Source: Octopus vulgaris
Lineage: Eukaryota
Reading direction: 5' to 3'
DNA: 64,000 nucleotides
Assembly: GCA_951406725.2 (NCBI GenBank)
Contig: OX597828.1
Coordinates: 8,184,001 to 8,248,000, forward strand
Below are positions 33,125 to 47,191 of the stretch, one piece after another. A program made the position numbers and the translations under genes. The notes under the pieces are model-generated. The model was not told the origin of the DNA and did not search any database. It saw only the letters and a program-made list of their open reading frames with translations. Every line of letters begins with the position of its first letter. Positions within the stretch are counted from its first letter, which is position 1.

Positions 33125-33552
33125 AGGACATCACATTTTGTGCATTCATCATGCTGTCACACAGACAGCGGCCCCGTTGAATTATTCTATACCTGCTATT
33201 TTAACTGTGAATTTGACACTGATAGGTCTCGCAAGTCGTGATTTTTAAAATTTTCTTTCTCTTTTGTTTTCATTTACCGTTTCCTCATTCCACTTTTTCT
33301 CATTCAGCCTTTTGTATTCATTTTCCTGTAGCCTTTTCTCTTGTTTTCTCAGATACCAACGTTCTTTCTTGGTTTTTCAAAGAAGATAGGCCATTTTGTG
33401 AACGCGAGTCTGATGGATTGCTTGGACACACAGGCCACGTTAATATTTTATTAGCTCATATTTAGATATGGTGTAAATTAAGTGATATCTTTCACTGGTC
33501 GTAATACTTTTTCTTTAACCTACTAATAACATAATGGTAAACTATATATATA

Positions 33553-33644
<92 letters not shown>

Positions 33645-33689
33645 TGTGTCTATGTGTGTGTGTCTATGTGTGTGTGTATATATATAGTT

Positions 33690-33812
33690 AATCTAAACAA
33701 GAAAGCACAAAAAAAAACTCAACAACGCGAGGACGTGGAACAAATATAGTATTATTGGACGCTCAGGAAAGAAGGAGGGTTTAACGTTCCGAGCGGAGCT
33801 CTTCGTCGGAGA

Positions 33813-33815
<3 letters not shown>
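33690..33815 (-). mobile_element. TA-embedded Penelope-type terminus with degenerate minimal hammerhead motif
   Basis: Minus strand CCGACGA-A-GAGC-TCC-GCTC-GGAA-CGTTA at 33782-33809 resembles the CTGACGAAG..CTCGAAACGT motif of PLE pseudo-LTRs. Confidence 0.55.
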
Positions 33816-33852
<37 letters not shown>

Positions 33853-33944
33853 AATATATATATATATGTAAGTATAATATATATATATATGTAAGTATAT
33901 ATATATACATACTTAAGTATATATATGTAAGTATATATGTATAT

Positions 33945-34350
33945 ATACTCATTTACTTTTTTACTTGTTTCAGTCATTTGACTGCGGCCATGCTGGAGCA
34001 TCGCCTTTAGTCGAGCAAATAGACCCCCGGGACTTATTCTTTGTAAGCCCAGTACTTATTCTATCGATCTCTTTGGCCGAACCGCTAAGTGACGGGGACG
34101 CAAACACACCAGCATCGGTTGTCAAGCGATTTTGAGGGGGGGCAAACACAGACACACATACATATATATATACATATATATATATATATACATATATACG
34201 ACAGGCTTCTTTCAGTTTCCGTCTACCAAATCTACTCACAAGGCATTGGTCGGCCCGAGGCTATAGCAGAAGACACTTGCCCAAGATGCCACGCAGTGGG
34301 ACTGAACCCGGAACCATGTGGTTGATAAGCAAGCTACTTACCACACAGCC
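33945..34350 (-). mobile_element. SINE family C
   Basis: Near full-length match to 24831-25218. Confidence 0.9.
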
Positions 34351-34681
34351 GTATGTATATAAACACATACATATATATTTTTTTTTGTGTGTCTGAGTAT
34401 ACCTCGGAACTAATTCTACTGAAATTGTGGTTACAGACAATATATAACACATACATCCAGGATATCTCTCTTTGCAGGATATCTCTCTTTGCGGATATCT
34501 CTCTCTCCTAGACATATTCTTTCTTATTTTCCAGACTTGTTGAATCACCCTCAAAGATATGATTGCACCACTTTGTCTTTTGGAGATATCTCTCTCACAT
34601 CACGACAGTCTCGATAACATGATCTCCTTTTACTCTTGAATTTCTCATACACCATGTCTGATGGCACAGAAGCTGCATTTT

Positions 34682-34713
<32 letters not shown>

Positions 34714-37369
34714 ACAATGCGCCTGAAATTGATGTCTGTGATTGACATATTAAACAACCTTGCTATTCTTTGCACTGGTGGTATTGCACCATGAATTTTA
34801 TTTCGATTAATAACAGACTTATGATGGTTGCAGCCGATATCTCCTCACTGTAATTATCTCCCACATCTACATCTGATATTTCAAATAACTTAAGTGGTCA
34901 ATAATTTCTCCAGCGATTTCTCTCCGAGAGAATGTTATGAACGATCAGTATGAGAGAGTCACGTTGGTAAGTGTATAGACAATTGCTTCTTGAAACAGCT
35001 AATCTGCTACTGAACGCTAATCTGTGCTCTAGGAGCATTCTGCTCGTTGCAATGATAAGCTTGTTTGGTTACTGCATAGATGGGCCGACTAAATAAGGTT
35101 GACAGTAGCCGAATCTTAGGTGAATCCAAGAATTTAACATCCAACATATGTGAAGCCTAGATTTTCAACGAAATGTGCGAATGAAATGCTGTTATCGAAG
35201 CATAGATGTTTAACTGAGCGAAAAGAAGATTGTAAACAATGTAGCTATGAGATATGTACCTCAGATCACAATAAGATAGTGTATTCATCTTATCCAACAG
35301 ATATGTGATGTACTTCTAGTCATCTCGCCAACTTTGCCATTGGCACAAGAAACTGCTGATGAAGTTAGCTTTCCACCTTAATTCTATCTCATTCAAGCGC
35401 AAATCAGGATTTGAATTTCATTAACAGGCGGCTGATCTTTCGTTTCGCTGATCACTGCGTCGAGTGCTCTACAAATGTGAAATACTGCAACTTGCCTCCT
35501 GAGGACTTATGGAACATGTAGTATATTCTAGTGTAATAAGGATTTTCGGCCCTCTGTGCTTTTGCATTCTTTGTTTTGGATGCTTTTTAATAAGTGCTAG
35601 CATCAACTCGTTGGCATTCTTGCTTGTCTTTGAAAAGAAAGACAAACGAGAAATGAAAAACCTTTACAACATATGTTTTATAGCACAAAAGAATTCAAAA
35701 TGTTTCAGTTAATGACTGAAAGTACCCATCTCTGCATTGTCCGTTATCCTTCTTGTACATTTTTCAGAAAACTAGATATCATAAATAACCTAGCACTCCC
35801 AACTAACTAAATAACTTAGAATCCCCAAGCACGTAGCTGTTTCTGAAGCTGGCAAAGCAAGCAGTCTATAAATTGTAGTTAATGTTCCAGATCATTAACA
35901 ATCGGGTTGGTTGCATTTACCACTGCAACGCATTCAAGGCTACAACAAAAGTCCCCTTTTTCTTTACACTGCATTAAAACAATTTCGTTTCCTAAGTGGA
36001 TTCTCAATTTCTTCTTTCATTACTAAATGTATCTAACAACTTTGTTGAAAACTCCTAATTATGATTTCCCAATAACGATAATTCTGTTAATATCACTTCA
36101 AGTGGAAAATAAACTTCAAAGTTACTAGTGTTAGTATCTGATTCTGCACTGCGCTCACACAATAAAATTGGTTTCAATGTTCGTTCCTTTAAGTCTTCAA
36201 TGTCACGAAGCTGTTCACCTTAATGACACGCCAGAAAAAATTTTGCAACGGTCCAACCCAACCCAACAAAAATATTGCGATTCACTGATAATATTATCTT
36301 CCGGCATACTTAAACAGAGCAAGCTCCTAACCATGTCATATTCTTCATTCAAACTCACTCAATTTTTTGTTTTAATTTACCTCCTCTATTCTCTCTATTA
36401 ATCCCATTCAATCTATTATTCTGAGAACTACAATAGACGTCGACGTTCCTGCTTTCAGGAATTCATTATAAAATTTACCTCAGACACTAAATTCTTTGCT
36501 AACTGTAAATATACTGGTGACGTTTTGCGTATATAGTATAGTCCCATGCAGTTACAATAATTGAAAATAGTTATTGTAACGTATATTCAGTGTGATAAGA
36601 AGAAAGACTGAGGAAATAGGGATCGTCCAAATTACTTCTTTAGTTTATCCGTTTATATTACCGACAATATAATGCATTACTTACGCATAAACGAATGGAA
36701 TTAGTAAGTAAAAATGAGCAGTGCATTGCAAGACCCCGAAAACGTTGTGATTTGAAACCGTATTACTTCATCCACGATACTGTTACACTCAGCTCTTCAT
36801 TATTGTCGTTCTTTTATTCTGTTAAAACGAATTACACAATATTTCTTACAAAAAAGGGGAAAAAAAGAACACCCACACATGTTTGGATTATAAACAATTT
36901 CCTATTCCGGTTAGTATTTTTTTACTGTTATTTTTATCGTCATTATTTTTGTGTATATTTTCTTCTTCTTTTACCTCTAAGTGATTTAACATTGGTGGAA
37001 ATAAGCTAGCTTCATAAATCATGATGACACGCCACCTTCTCCCGTGACACTCTTCCCTACTTTGTTACACTAGTCTGCCTTGTGATGAATAACTTCCGCC
37101 GACACTGTCTGCATCATCGATTTATCAATAGGACAATGAAAAACCTCGAATCCCGTCTATCTTCGATCCCATCCCCATTCACACAACACGCACACACACT
37201 TATACATACATACATACATACAAACACTGACGCACACATACACGCTTCCTCCATCTATCACGTCTCAGCACTATTCGATCATGTATATTTCTTTTTCTCT
37301 TTGTCTCATTCTTTCTCTCTCTCTCTTTAACTTCATCCTCTCTCCATTTATCTCCAACACTTTTTTTAT

Positions 37370-37629
<260 letters not shown>

Positions 37630-40600
37630 GTATTTTCAATGTACAGTTATTTAGAATACAAGAATTGAGAGAGGCACGTTCAGTGACTTTGCTATATTAT
37701 GGTCGATTCTATACAATGTCTTTGAAATTTTCTTTGATGTCAGCTGACTATGCGTGTCAGGGAATTGTCTTTTTATGCAAAAGAAAAGCCGTGACATTAA
37801 AGGAATATTAACGAATGCAGGAAATAGTGAGGGAGAAAGAGAGAGAGAGACACAGTGAAAGTGGGAGTGTGAGAGAGGCGGGGGGGGGAGAGAGAAAGTG
37901 AGCAAAAGAGTGAGAGAATGAAAAATAAGACACATACAAACACAGCAAACCTAAAGAACAAAAACGTGTATAAAGATACGAGGTCGAAGAAAACGGTTAA
38001 TAACCTGGCCTTATCATATTTCTTTGATACATTCCTGATTGGTGCCTGTCTCTACAGACTGTTAATAGTCTAGAAGGTACATTTTGACCATCAAGGCATT
38101 CATCTATTCAAGACATGTATCTTCGGTTTTCAAGGAATTCTCTCCTGAAATGAAGTATAAAAATCTTCCACAATCGCCTCGAAATCTTTCAATATTCTAT
38201 TAACATGAGAATTTCCCGAAGTGGAAAATTCCTTGTTTCTTTATTGTATCTTTCTTTTTTTATTTCCAACATTTTTTATGGCTTTTTAATGCTTCATATA
38301 TACCAACTATGTTAAACATACACCATATGATTGTCGTACTTTTCAGTGCAAGTATGTATGCACACGCACGCACACACACAGACACACACACACAAATACC
38401 TACACATGCACACACACATACATACGCAAAACTCATATGCATATAACCCATCTATATACGCAGATGCATATCCATAGAAGCATGCGTACGTCACACAGAG
38501 ATACGTACGTAAATATGCATGTTCATATATCTGTGTGTGTGTTTGTGTTTGTATGTATATATGTATATATTTCATTGTATATATTCATACTTTATGCAAT
38601 ATGAGTGCAGTAACTTTGAATTATTTTTTTTGTAGTTTATGAATATGTGAAAGTCTTAGAATCCTGGTTATAAATTTGTCTCTTTTTCTCTATTCTTCTT
38701 TGCAATGCACCTATTATTAAGGAAACTCTTTCCATTTTCTCTCTCATCTCTGCATATCTATGTTTCAACTATTTGCATTTGGATAATAGGAGTTGATCTT
38801 TCAAGATGCACATTTTCCTTTCATACTCTTCCTGCTCAACTAGTATTAATCGTTTTCTTAGTGGGTGTAGTTTCTTCCTCCTATTATTACATTTATAAAT
38901 ATACATGCTATTCAGGATATTATTTCTGTCCTCAATGAATAGAGTTTCTTTGACAATGCCATCGTTTTACTTTTTCTAATTCAATATAACGTATCTTACT
39001 ATTTTTTGACAACCAAATGATATCCGATTTTAATATAGTGCACCCCAGGGATTATACGAGTTCTATTCCTATATCATTCGTTGCTTATTTTATTCTCGGC
39101 AATCTGAGCAATTTTGCCTTAATAATTTCTTTGATACTTGATAGAATTAGTATGTAATACATCATTAATAAGAAGGAAATTGAAGGTCGATAATCCGAAA
39201 TATACGATCATTAATATGAAATTTTAAGTGTATATAATTGCTGAACAATGAAATTTAGACGACAATTAATAGAAAGAATGCTGATGAAGATGCTCTTCAT
39301 TTCACGGGGGAAGATAAAATGAGATGAAATATAGAACTCCTAAAAGTTATCATTACAATTTGAAATCGATGTAAGTTCGTATAATTGACAGATGCACAAT
39401 TGCACCAACCTTTGTTGATATAGCCATGATTGAGATGCCCTTTTATGCCTAAATTTTTTTTTTATTAAAAACTCCAGGATACGTTCTGTCCTGTTTGCAA
39501 GTTATTGTTCTTTAATAAGCATTGTGTTAAAAATTTTATTTTGCATATGGTGTGCAAATATCTTAACTGACAAAATTCCTAAGACTTTAACTCAGAAACG
39601 CATTAAGCTGTCCAACAAAAAATTCGTTTTTGTACATCTAAAACAAACAGCATTCTATATTTGAAGCAAGGTCCGAATGTAAGCTCAACTCTCGTAATTT
39701 ATGTTGCGTTACTTTCTGTGTAAATTTACACGACGTATTGTCTTTATGTATATACAAATACACAGCGGGGTATTGAGATTTAAGATTCATATAAGAATCT
39801 ATGAGATATGCCGGCAAAAATTTTGCAATATATTCTCCCTTAAAGACTGTGTCCCATTCAACAAATGTGGGTGAAATTATGGCAAAATTTTACTCCGGCA
39901 TCACATTAGATGTAAGGAGCAAAATATCCACTCTTATCTGAGTAGACAATGATCAGCCTGACAGTAGCTATGCGATAATTTGTGAGGAATAAGTGCCTGC
40001 TTATGAGGCAAATAAACAAATAAAATGTCTCTAAGTTTTCAATTGGTTGTATTTGTGATATCAAATGATTGACCTATCACTAAATCGTTTAAACACAAAC
40101 ATCACTGCAGATAAAAATACTGCAGTGAATGTTGCTTCTGTTAAGGTGCTGGCCCTAAACATCGTTCGGTGTGCTTCTTTTCTCCATGTTCTTGCTTTTG
40201 AGATGTGTTCAATCACACCATATCGCTATTTTTGACACCATCAGTTGAAGAGTAATTGAAGTTAAATCTGCAGGAAAATTACATTAGTTGTGGTGTTATA
40301 CGATATTGTATGATTGCGGCAGCTGCGAATTATTCGATAAAGAGTGGGACTTCGCCCTTCACTTAGAAATAGTATCTCTTACGTTTCAACATAATATATA
40401 CCCTGTTGCTATACGCAAAGAAAACAGGAAAGTTAGACATTTGTTTTTATTCAGTTTCTCCAATTTTAAGGCAAATCAGCTGAGGTATGTCAATTTTTTT
40501 TCTCTTCGGGTTTTGAAAGAAATCCAATTTACTGCATCTGATTTTCCGCCATGATGTAATGGAAATTACTCTGTATTCTGAAGTATCATAACTATACAAT

Positions 40601-41419
40601 TTATATCCCAAATATGATCCATCCCAATTCATGAATATTGGACAGTATAAAGAAGGTCTACCAGAACATGGAATTTGCCTCGATTATTCTTTCCTGCATA
40701 AATTATTAGATTACCTGAAGTTACGGAAACAGAAATTTATTATTTTGGAACTATGTTTCGATAAACTTTGTTGAAATTTTCTAAAATATTTCTTCTTGTC
40801 CATATTTGCCAAAAGTTTAGACCATTTTCCTGAAAATTAAAAAAAAACAAGTCCATGATGTCGCGTTTCAGTTTCTTGTCCTTCTCTGTTGCTCAGTTAG
40901 ATTCCCAACAATGTGATACTGATTCCAAATAGTATTTACTCTGGCTGACCCCTTAAGATCATGCTGAGTCCTTGGTTAGAAAACATTAATGACATATTTG
41001 AGTAGAATAATTAACCTAGTCAATTATTATATTCAAAATGGGAAACAATGCATCATCGTTAACAACAATGTTCTGATATGATTTATATTGCATTAATTCC
41101 ACAGTTATATTCAGGATACGCACTGGATTAGTTACCATTAGGCGTGACAATAAATGTGTCTTGGTGCAGTTTGGTATTCTCCCAGTAAGTATTTTTGGCG
41201 TGGGAGTTAATGTAGGTCCCGAAAGAGCAACGAAGCAAGATTTCCATCATAGCTAATGAAGTTAAACAATATCTCGAAATAAATCTGTATGATGCTCACA
41301 GAGCTGTGCGTTTCTTTTGAGGACATAAATCTCCAACACAGAACTGCTTTTTGTTTTATCGATGCCAAAAGGAAAAAAAGTCAAGGATGGTCCCGGTCAG
41401 ATTTCAACGTCCGCAATGC

Positions 41420-41487
41420 TTGTGTGTATGTGAGTGTGTGTGTATGTGAGTGTGTGTGTATGTGAGAGAGAGAGTGTGTGTGTATGT

Positions 41488-41540
<53 letters not shown>
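41420..41540. repeat. (TG)n microsatellite
   Basis: Visible directly. Confidence 0.97.
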
Positions 41541-41541
<1 letters not shown>

Positions 41542-41857
41542 CTGTGCGCGTGGGTATGTAAGTACGTATTGCTTCGTTATATTTTAAATATGCTAGATGG
41601 AATAGTATAACAAAAAATATCTTCAGATGTATAGTTACCACCCTTGTAATTCAAATTTAACTTCGTAGTTCATCCATCTTCGAGAGCGTGGATTAAATAG
41701 GTATCGGTCAGGAAGAGGGTCCATTAAATCGATTAGATTCTTTTTGTGCCTCTGTGCCAATGAAAAAAATGTTCTTGCTGTTATTGTAGTTATTAATATT
41801 GCTATTACTATTTCAATCTTTATTATTAAATTCTCTAGTATTTGTGGCATCATTACG

Positions 41858-42007
<150 letters not shown>

Positions 42008-42737
42008 ATCAACATAATAATCTTATCATCACATTCTGCTGCTGCTATTAGAGTTGTTGTGGAATTCTTTCGGCTCCATTGTTATTAACGATTCCTTATT
42101 ACGCTGTTTACCCAAAAAGTCGGACATTTATTCATATTTACAATATTTAGTTTCCTCAGAAATATCGCTCGTATTTATTTGTCACCTCACACGTTTACTT
42201 TCACACATTTTCTTTCCAATTCTCTCATGTTTTTCACAAACGCATAATCATGTTCGTATTTTTTAATTCCCCAATTTTTCTCAACTTACAAGCAGATTTC
42301 TCCTACCTTACCCATCACATCTCATCATGTTGTTATTCTATTAAATTTATATTTTCCTTTACTTGAATAGGTTTATATTTTATTCTCTTTCTTCCTTTGC
42401 AAATTTCTGTTTCACATTTTATACATTGAAAACATTTAATCGCAAGTCATTAGACGAGACAGAAACACAAAGCGAAAAGGAAAAGAAACAAAATATATGA
42501 GGTAAATACAATCGTTAACTAACTATATGCCATCTTTTGTGTGTTACTCTATTTTATACCTAACTCTGTTCGCCCTGCTTCTATTTACTTCTTACATGCA
42601 AATATGTACATATCTATAAATATATGTATGTAATTTTTCTATGTATGTATGTGTGTATGTATGTATGTATGTATGTATGTATGTATGTATGTATGTATGT
42701 ATGCATCTATCTCTCTCTCTATCTATCTATCTATCTA

Positions 42738-43103
42738 AGGAAAGTGAGAGTAGAGAGGCAAGTTTTGTCTAGTGAATGTTTTAAAAAAAGATGGGTGAAT
42801 GTAGCAAGGATAGCATGTATGAATGACGAAGCCACCTTGACTATGATCCTATGAACCGTAAAAATTAATACAGAGAGTTGCTTATTTGTAACATTGACCG
42901 AGGTTACCGTGGTCTTTTCCGTAGGCTTTTCTTTCCACGGGTAAACCTCACCTGTCTTTCCCTTTACACTTTATTGTGACATTTCTGTGATAACGATCCC
43001 AATTGATCGAAAACCAACCCCCCTTTTTTATCCACAAAAAGAAAAACTCTACCTTGTAATTTGTCCCGTCTGTGTGCAGCCTTGTGTGGCTAATAAAGAA
43101 ACA
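42738..43103 (+). mobile_element. Probable Tx1/L1-group LINE 3' end inserted in (TCTA)n
   Basis: Reads RKVRVERQVLSSECFKKRWVNVAR...stop at 42854 (FxxRW-type ORF2 terminus), then a 3' UTR with aataaa. (TCTA)n lies immediately on both sides. Confidence 0.65.
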
Positions 43104-43187
<84 letters not shown>

Positions 43188-44828
43188 CACATATATATAT
43201 ATATATATATATATATCGATCTCTCTATCTATATATCTGTCTGTCTGTCTGTCTCCTTGTCTGCCAGTTGGTTTCACTATCGATGAAATTGTTTCCTTCT
43301 CTCACTGTCTTTACTTTATAAAACTAGGCTTTTGCATGCTTAATAAAACACTATCACCGAAACACTGTCACTTTTCTCATGAAAAGCATCTTCATCTATA
43401 TATTTTTATGTGCATATGTGTGTGAGTGTGTTTATTTATTTTTTATACATACATACATACATACACGCACAAACATCCATCCAGTAATCCATCCATCCAT
43501 CCATACATCCATATATACATACATACATACATATATACATACATACATACATACATAAATATATACATACATAGATACATACATACTGAAACTTACAGAC
43601 GTCGTCAGGCATTTCTTGCGCCGAAAACCTTTCTCTCCTGTAATAACTGTGTTTTTATATTAGACTAAAAATACAGTATATAACTTTATAATGCATTTTA
43701 CAATTGCCACGCAACATTCCTAGGCTAATTAAAAAACCTCACATAGACAAGGTAGCAAGTTTATTTAGAAGCAAGTTTTTGTATTTTTAGAATATATCCT
43801 AGAAATGCTGATGTAAGCAGGATTTGTGACGTTACGGCAATCATTTCAATGCAGAAAGTGAAAGTACTTGCATTGGCCTACCACCGTTTGAAATTTTAAG
43901 CTTATACGAAATTCCAGACAAAAGTTAGTAGGTGTGTGTGTGTGTGTCAGAATAGCTTTCAGGACACAAGCTTAATCTACCTGTGATTTAGCGTTCAAAT
44001 TACAGGACTTAAGAGATTAAGTGTCTTTTGCAAATCCAGTTTTAAATATTTTTTCTGCTGAAGTACAATGGTACATTGCCAGGTATAATATGTCCAACAC
44101 GGCGATGCTCCCTTAAAAGAAATTACTACGATATTAATGATATCCAGTCAATTCCATTGATATTTTTGATAACTGCAAACTATAATATATCCCCATGAAT
44201 ACGACTTCTTGCGCCAACAAATTACTTTAAGTATGACAGTAAGTTAAAGATATACGTTCATCGAAATTTGAAACAGGCCCTAAAAGGCATTGAGAGAATG
44301 AGAACAACCTAGATTGTGACCTGTGTGAAGAAAAGTGAAACTGTCTGGTTGTAGTTCTGAATGCAGTTCTATATTGATAGGAAGTGAACGACTAAATTTT
44401 AAAAGAGTTCCCAGAAAATCATATTATATTTGTTATCATGGGATTTCATATTTTCCAAGAGTAAAATTTGATATCAAGAAATCATGTATGGTTCGAAGAC
44501 AATGTAAATACTGTTGTGACTGAGACACCAGGGTCCAAAGTTTGTTTGATGTGGAGCTGATGATGTGAGGCCGTGAGTGAGCTACAAAGCAAGGAGTGTA
44601 TATAGGAGATCCATCCAATATACTTCAATTGAGTTCTCCGTATATGGGTAAAATTTTGACATTTTATTAGGAAGTACAGGAAGTCGTATTAGATTTTTAT
44701 ATAACTGAATTCCGCGTTACGACAAAATCGTCAAGAAGTGGGATTCCTCTATAAAGTGGAAACATATTTATATATAAAGATGTGTATGTGTGTGTATATG
44801 TGTGTGGAGGCGGGCTTCTGTGTGTATT

Positions 44829-45131
44829 GAGACCCCCCTTCGGTCATGAATGTCCGTGGGATTGTCCGAGCAAGGTTGTTTATGGAAGACCAGCAGTCGC
44901 TCTTGCATACCTGACTCACCTCTCCACGCCACCAGAGTTATTCAAGGGAAAGGCAAAGGGGCCGATACAGCTTGGCACCTGTGACGTCGCAACTCATTTC
45001 TACAGCTGAGTGAACTGGAGCAACATGAAATAAAGTGTCTTGCTCAAGAACACAACACGCAACAGGTCCGGGATTCGAACTCACAACCTCACGATCGTAA
45101 GCTCGACGCTCTAACCACTGAGCCATGCGCC
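44829..45131 (-). mobile_element. SINE family B
   Basis: Reverse complement of 7498-7805 with a well-preserved tRNA-like head (B-box agttcgaatccc). Confidence 0.88.
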
Positions 45132-45486
45132 GTGGTGATCTCATTCTCGCCCACAACATCATAAGCGGAAAGTGTAACCTCTCGAAAGAGCTGTTCTTCA
45201 CTCCTGCTCCAGAGCGTCGGCTGCGGGGTCATTCCGAAAACCTCTACCTGCGACGATTTCATCTCAATCGAAGGAGAGGAGCTTTCTCCGTCCGGGTTGC
45301 GGATCCGTGGAACAAGCTGCCAGACGAGATGGTGAAGATGCCGACGACCGCTTTGTTCAAAGCCTCCCTGGACCTCAAGTGGCCTGAACTCTTTACGTGA
45401 ACACCACCCTGTACTTAACTCCATGTCCCCCTACTTGGCCTTGCTATTTGCTTTTGAGCCAAATTAACTAACTAACTAACTAACTT
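45128..45486 (+). mobile_element. CR1-like LINE 3' end
   Basis: RRGDLILAHNIISG...LRGHSENL...FSVRVADPWNKLP, with (TAAC)n tail. Same family as 20359-20900. Confidence 0.92.
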
Positions 45487-45756
45487 CTCTGTGTGTAAGA
45501 AGGAAAAATATAAGACATTATAAAAAAAGATATAGTTACATCAGCATTATTATATTTACGTTGCATATCACTAGGTAACTATAGTTACATAAGGCAAACT
45601 ACATATCTATAGTTTAATATCCAACATTAGAGATGTTGAATTGTTCATACATTCGATAGAAAACAAAATATTATATACCCTTCTGAAGACAGCCCACAAC
45701 TCTGGGCTACTTCCTCGACTGCCCTGATTACATCCCAATTACATTGTGAATAATAC

Positions 45757-45978
45757 TCTTCTATTCTTTTACTTGTTTCAGTAATTTTACTGTGGCCATG
45801 CTGGAGCAACGCATTTAGTCGAGCAAATAGACCCCAGGACTTATTCTATCGGTCTCTTTTGCTGGACCGCTAAGTTACGGGGACGTAAACACATCACCAT
45901 CGGTTGTCAAGCGATTTTGAGGGGACAAACACTGACACACAAACATATACACAGACACATACATATACATATACATAC

Positions 45979-46011
<33 letters not shown>

Positions 46012-46040
46012 TATGCTTACTACACAGCCACTCCTGCGCC
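45757..46040 (-). mobile_element. SINE family C with internal deletion
   Basis: Tail half at 45757-45950 and head remnant acacagccactcctgcgcct at 46022-46040. Confidence 0.85.
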
Positions 46041-46087
46041 TAATAATGATCCTTCCACAGCTATATCTTTGTGACCATTAGCATTAA

Positions 46088-46231
46088 ATAATCCTTTCTA
46101 CTATAGACACAAGGCCTGACATTTTCGGGGATGGGCTAGTCGATTACATCGATCCCAGTTTTTCACTGGTAATTAATTTATTGACACCGAAAGGATCAAA
46201 GGCAAAGTCGACCTAGGCGGAATTTGAACTG
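46088..46231 (-). mobile_element. SINE family A, headless, short tail
   Basis: ccgaaaggatcaaaggcaaagtcgacctaggcggaatttgaact. Confidence 0.8.
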
Positions 46232-46561
46232 ACATTAAATAATGATTATGTAATTTGAAATATGTATCCAATAATCACCTTAACTCAACGAAAATACGTG
46301 AGTTGCGTTGACTGAATATCGTATAAAAAAAATCTCTGCTTTGTTCTCCGCATATATGTTAACCCAAAACTGAAAAATCAATTTAATAACAAACTATAAA
46401 ATGGCAATACATGAACGGAGTTACACAGAGATTTTAATACTGTTTATTTGTCACGCAGTTTAAGGTAAAATTGCACAGTATGGATATGCTGATATCCATC
46501 CAACAATCCAACCGTTCATCAATCCAACCACCCATCAGTCCATCCGTCCAGTCATCCATCC

Positions 46562-46606
<45 letters not shown>

Positions 46607-46607
<1 letters not shown>

Positions 46608-46980
46608 TCGGTCCGTCAGAGATGCCCCTTCTCGTCGCTTCTCTACGTATTGACTCTCGAGCCATTATTGCGGAAGTTGGCAACTCTGAGGGGCATCCCG
46701 CGAGAATTGGAGTGCGGGACGAGCGTGTCTGCATACGCGGACGACGTCACCGTCATAGTGTCTAGCCACGAGCACATCGAACTGGTCGGCGAGATACTGA
46801 AAAACTACGAAGCGGTGACAGCGCGAAAATCAACCGGGAAAAATCAGTGGGCTTGCGGCTCGGCACCTGGAGAAGCAAGCCCATACCGTCCACCAGCATC
46901 TCCGTCGTAGGACGCTGGATCGACGGTCCGGTCGAGTTGCTCGGGGTCTGGTGTGGTCTGGACCTCCAAATGGAGAAAAA
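46607..46980 (+). mobile_element. Tx1/L1-group reverse transcriptase fragment
   Basis: SVRQRCPFSSLLYVLTLEPLL...SAYADDVT...KINREKS...VELLGV. Its 5' junction abuts (TCTA)n at 46563-46606. Confidence 0.88.
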
Positions 46981-47191
46981 CTGTGTGTCTGTGTTTGCCC
47001 CCCACCCCAACATCGCTTGACAACCAATGTTGGTGTGTTTACGTCCCCGTAACTTAGTGGTTCGGCAAAGAGACCGATAGAATAAGTACAAGGCTTCCAA
47101 AGAATAGGTCCTAGGGTTGATTTGCTTGACAAAAGGCGGTGCTCCAGCATGGCGACAGTCAAATGACTGAAACAAGTAAAAGAGTAAAAGA
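46981..47191 (+). mobile_element. SINE family C, 3' half
   Basis: Ends gactgaaacaagtaaaagagtaaaagag; truncates the Tx1 fragment. Confidence 0.88.

Noticed and set aside
42985-43015. TGATAA-CGATC...GATC-GAAA hairpin
   Set aside because: No stem I or UH site; it lies in a LINE 3' UTR.
45680-45712. CTGAAGA followed by a hairpin
   Set aside because: No GAAA or cleavage site.
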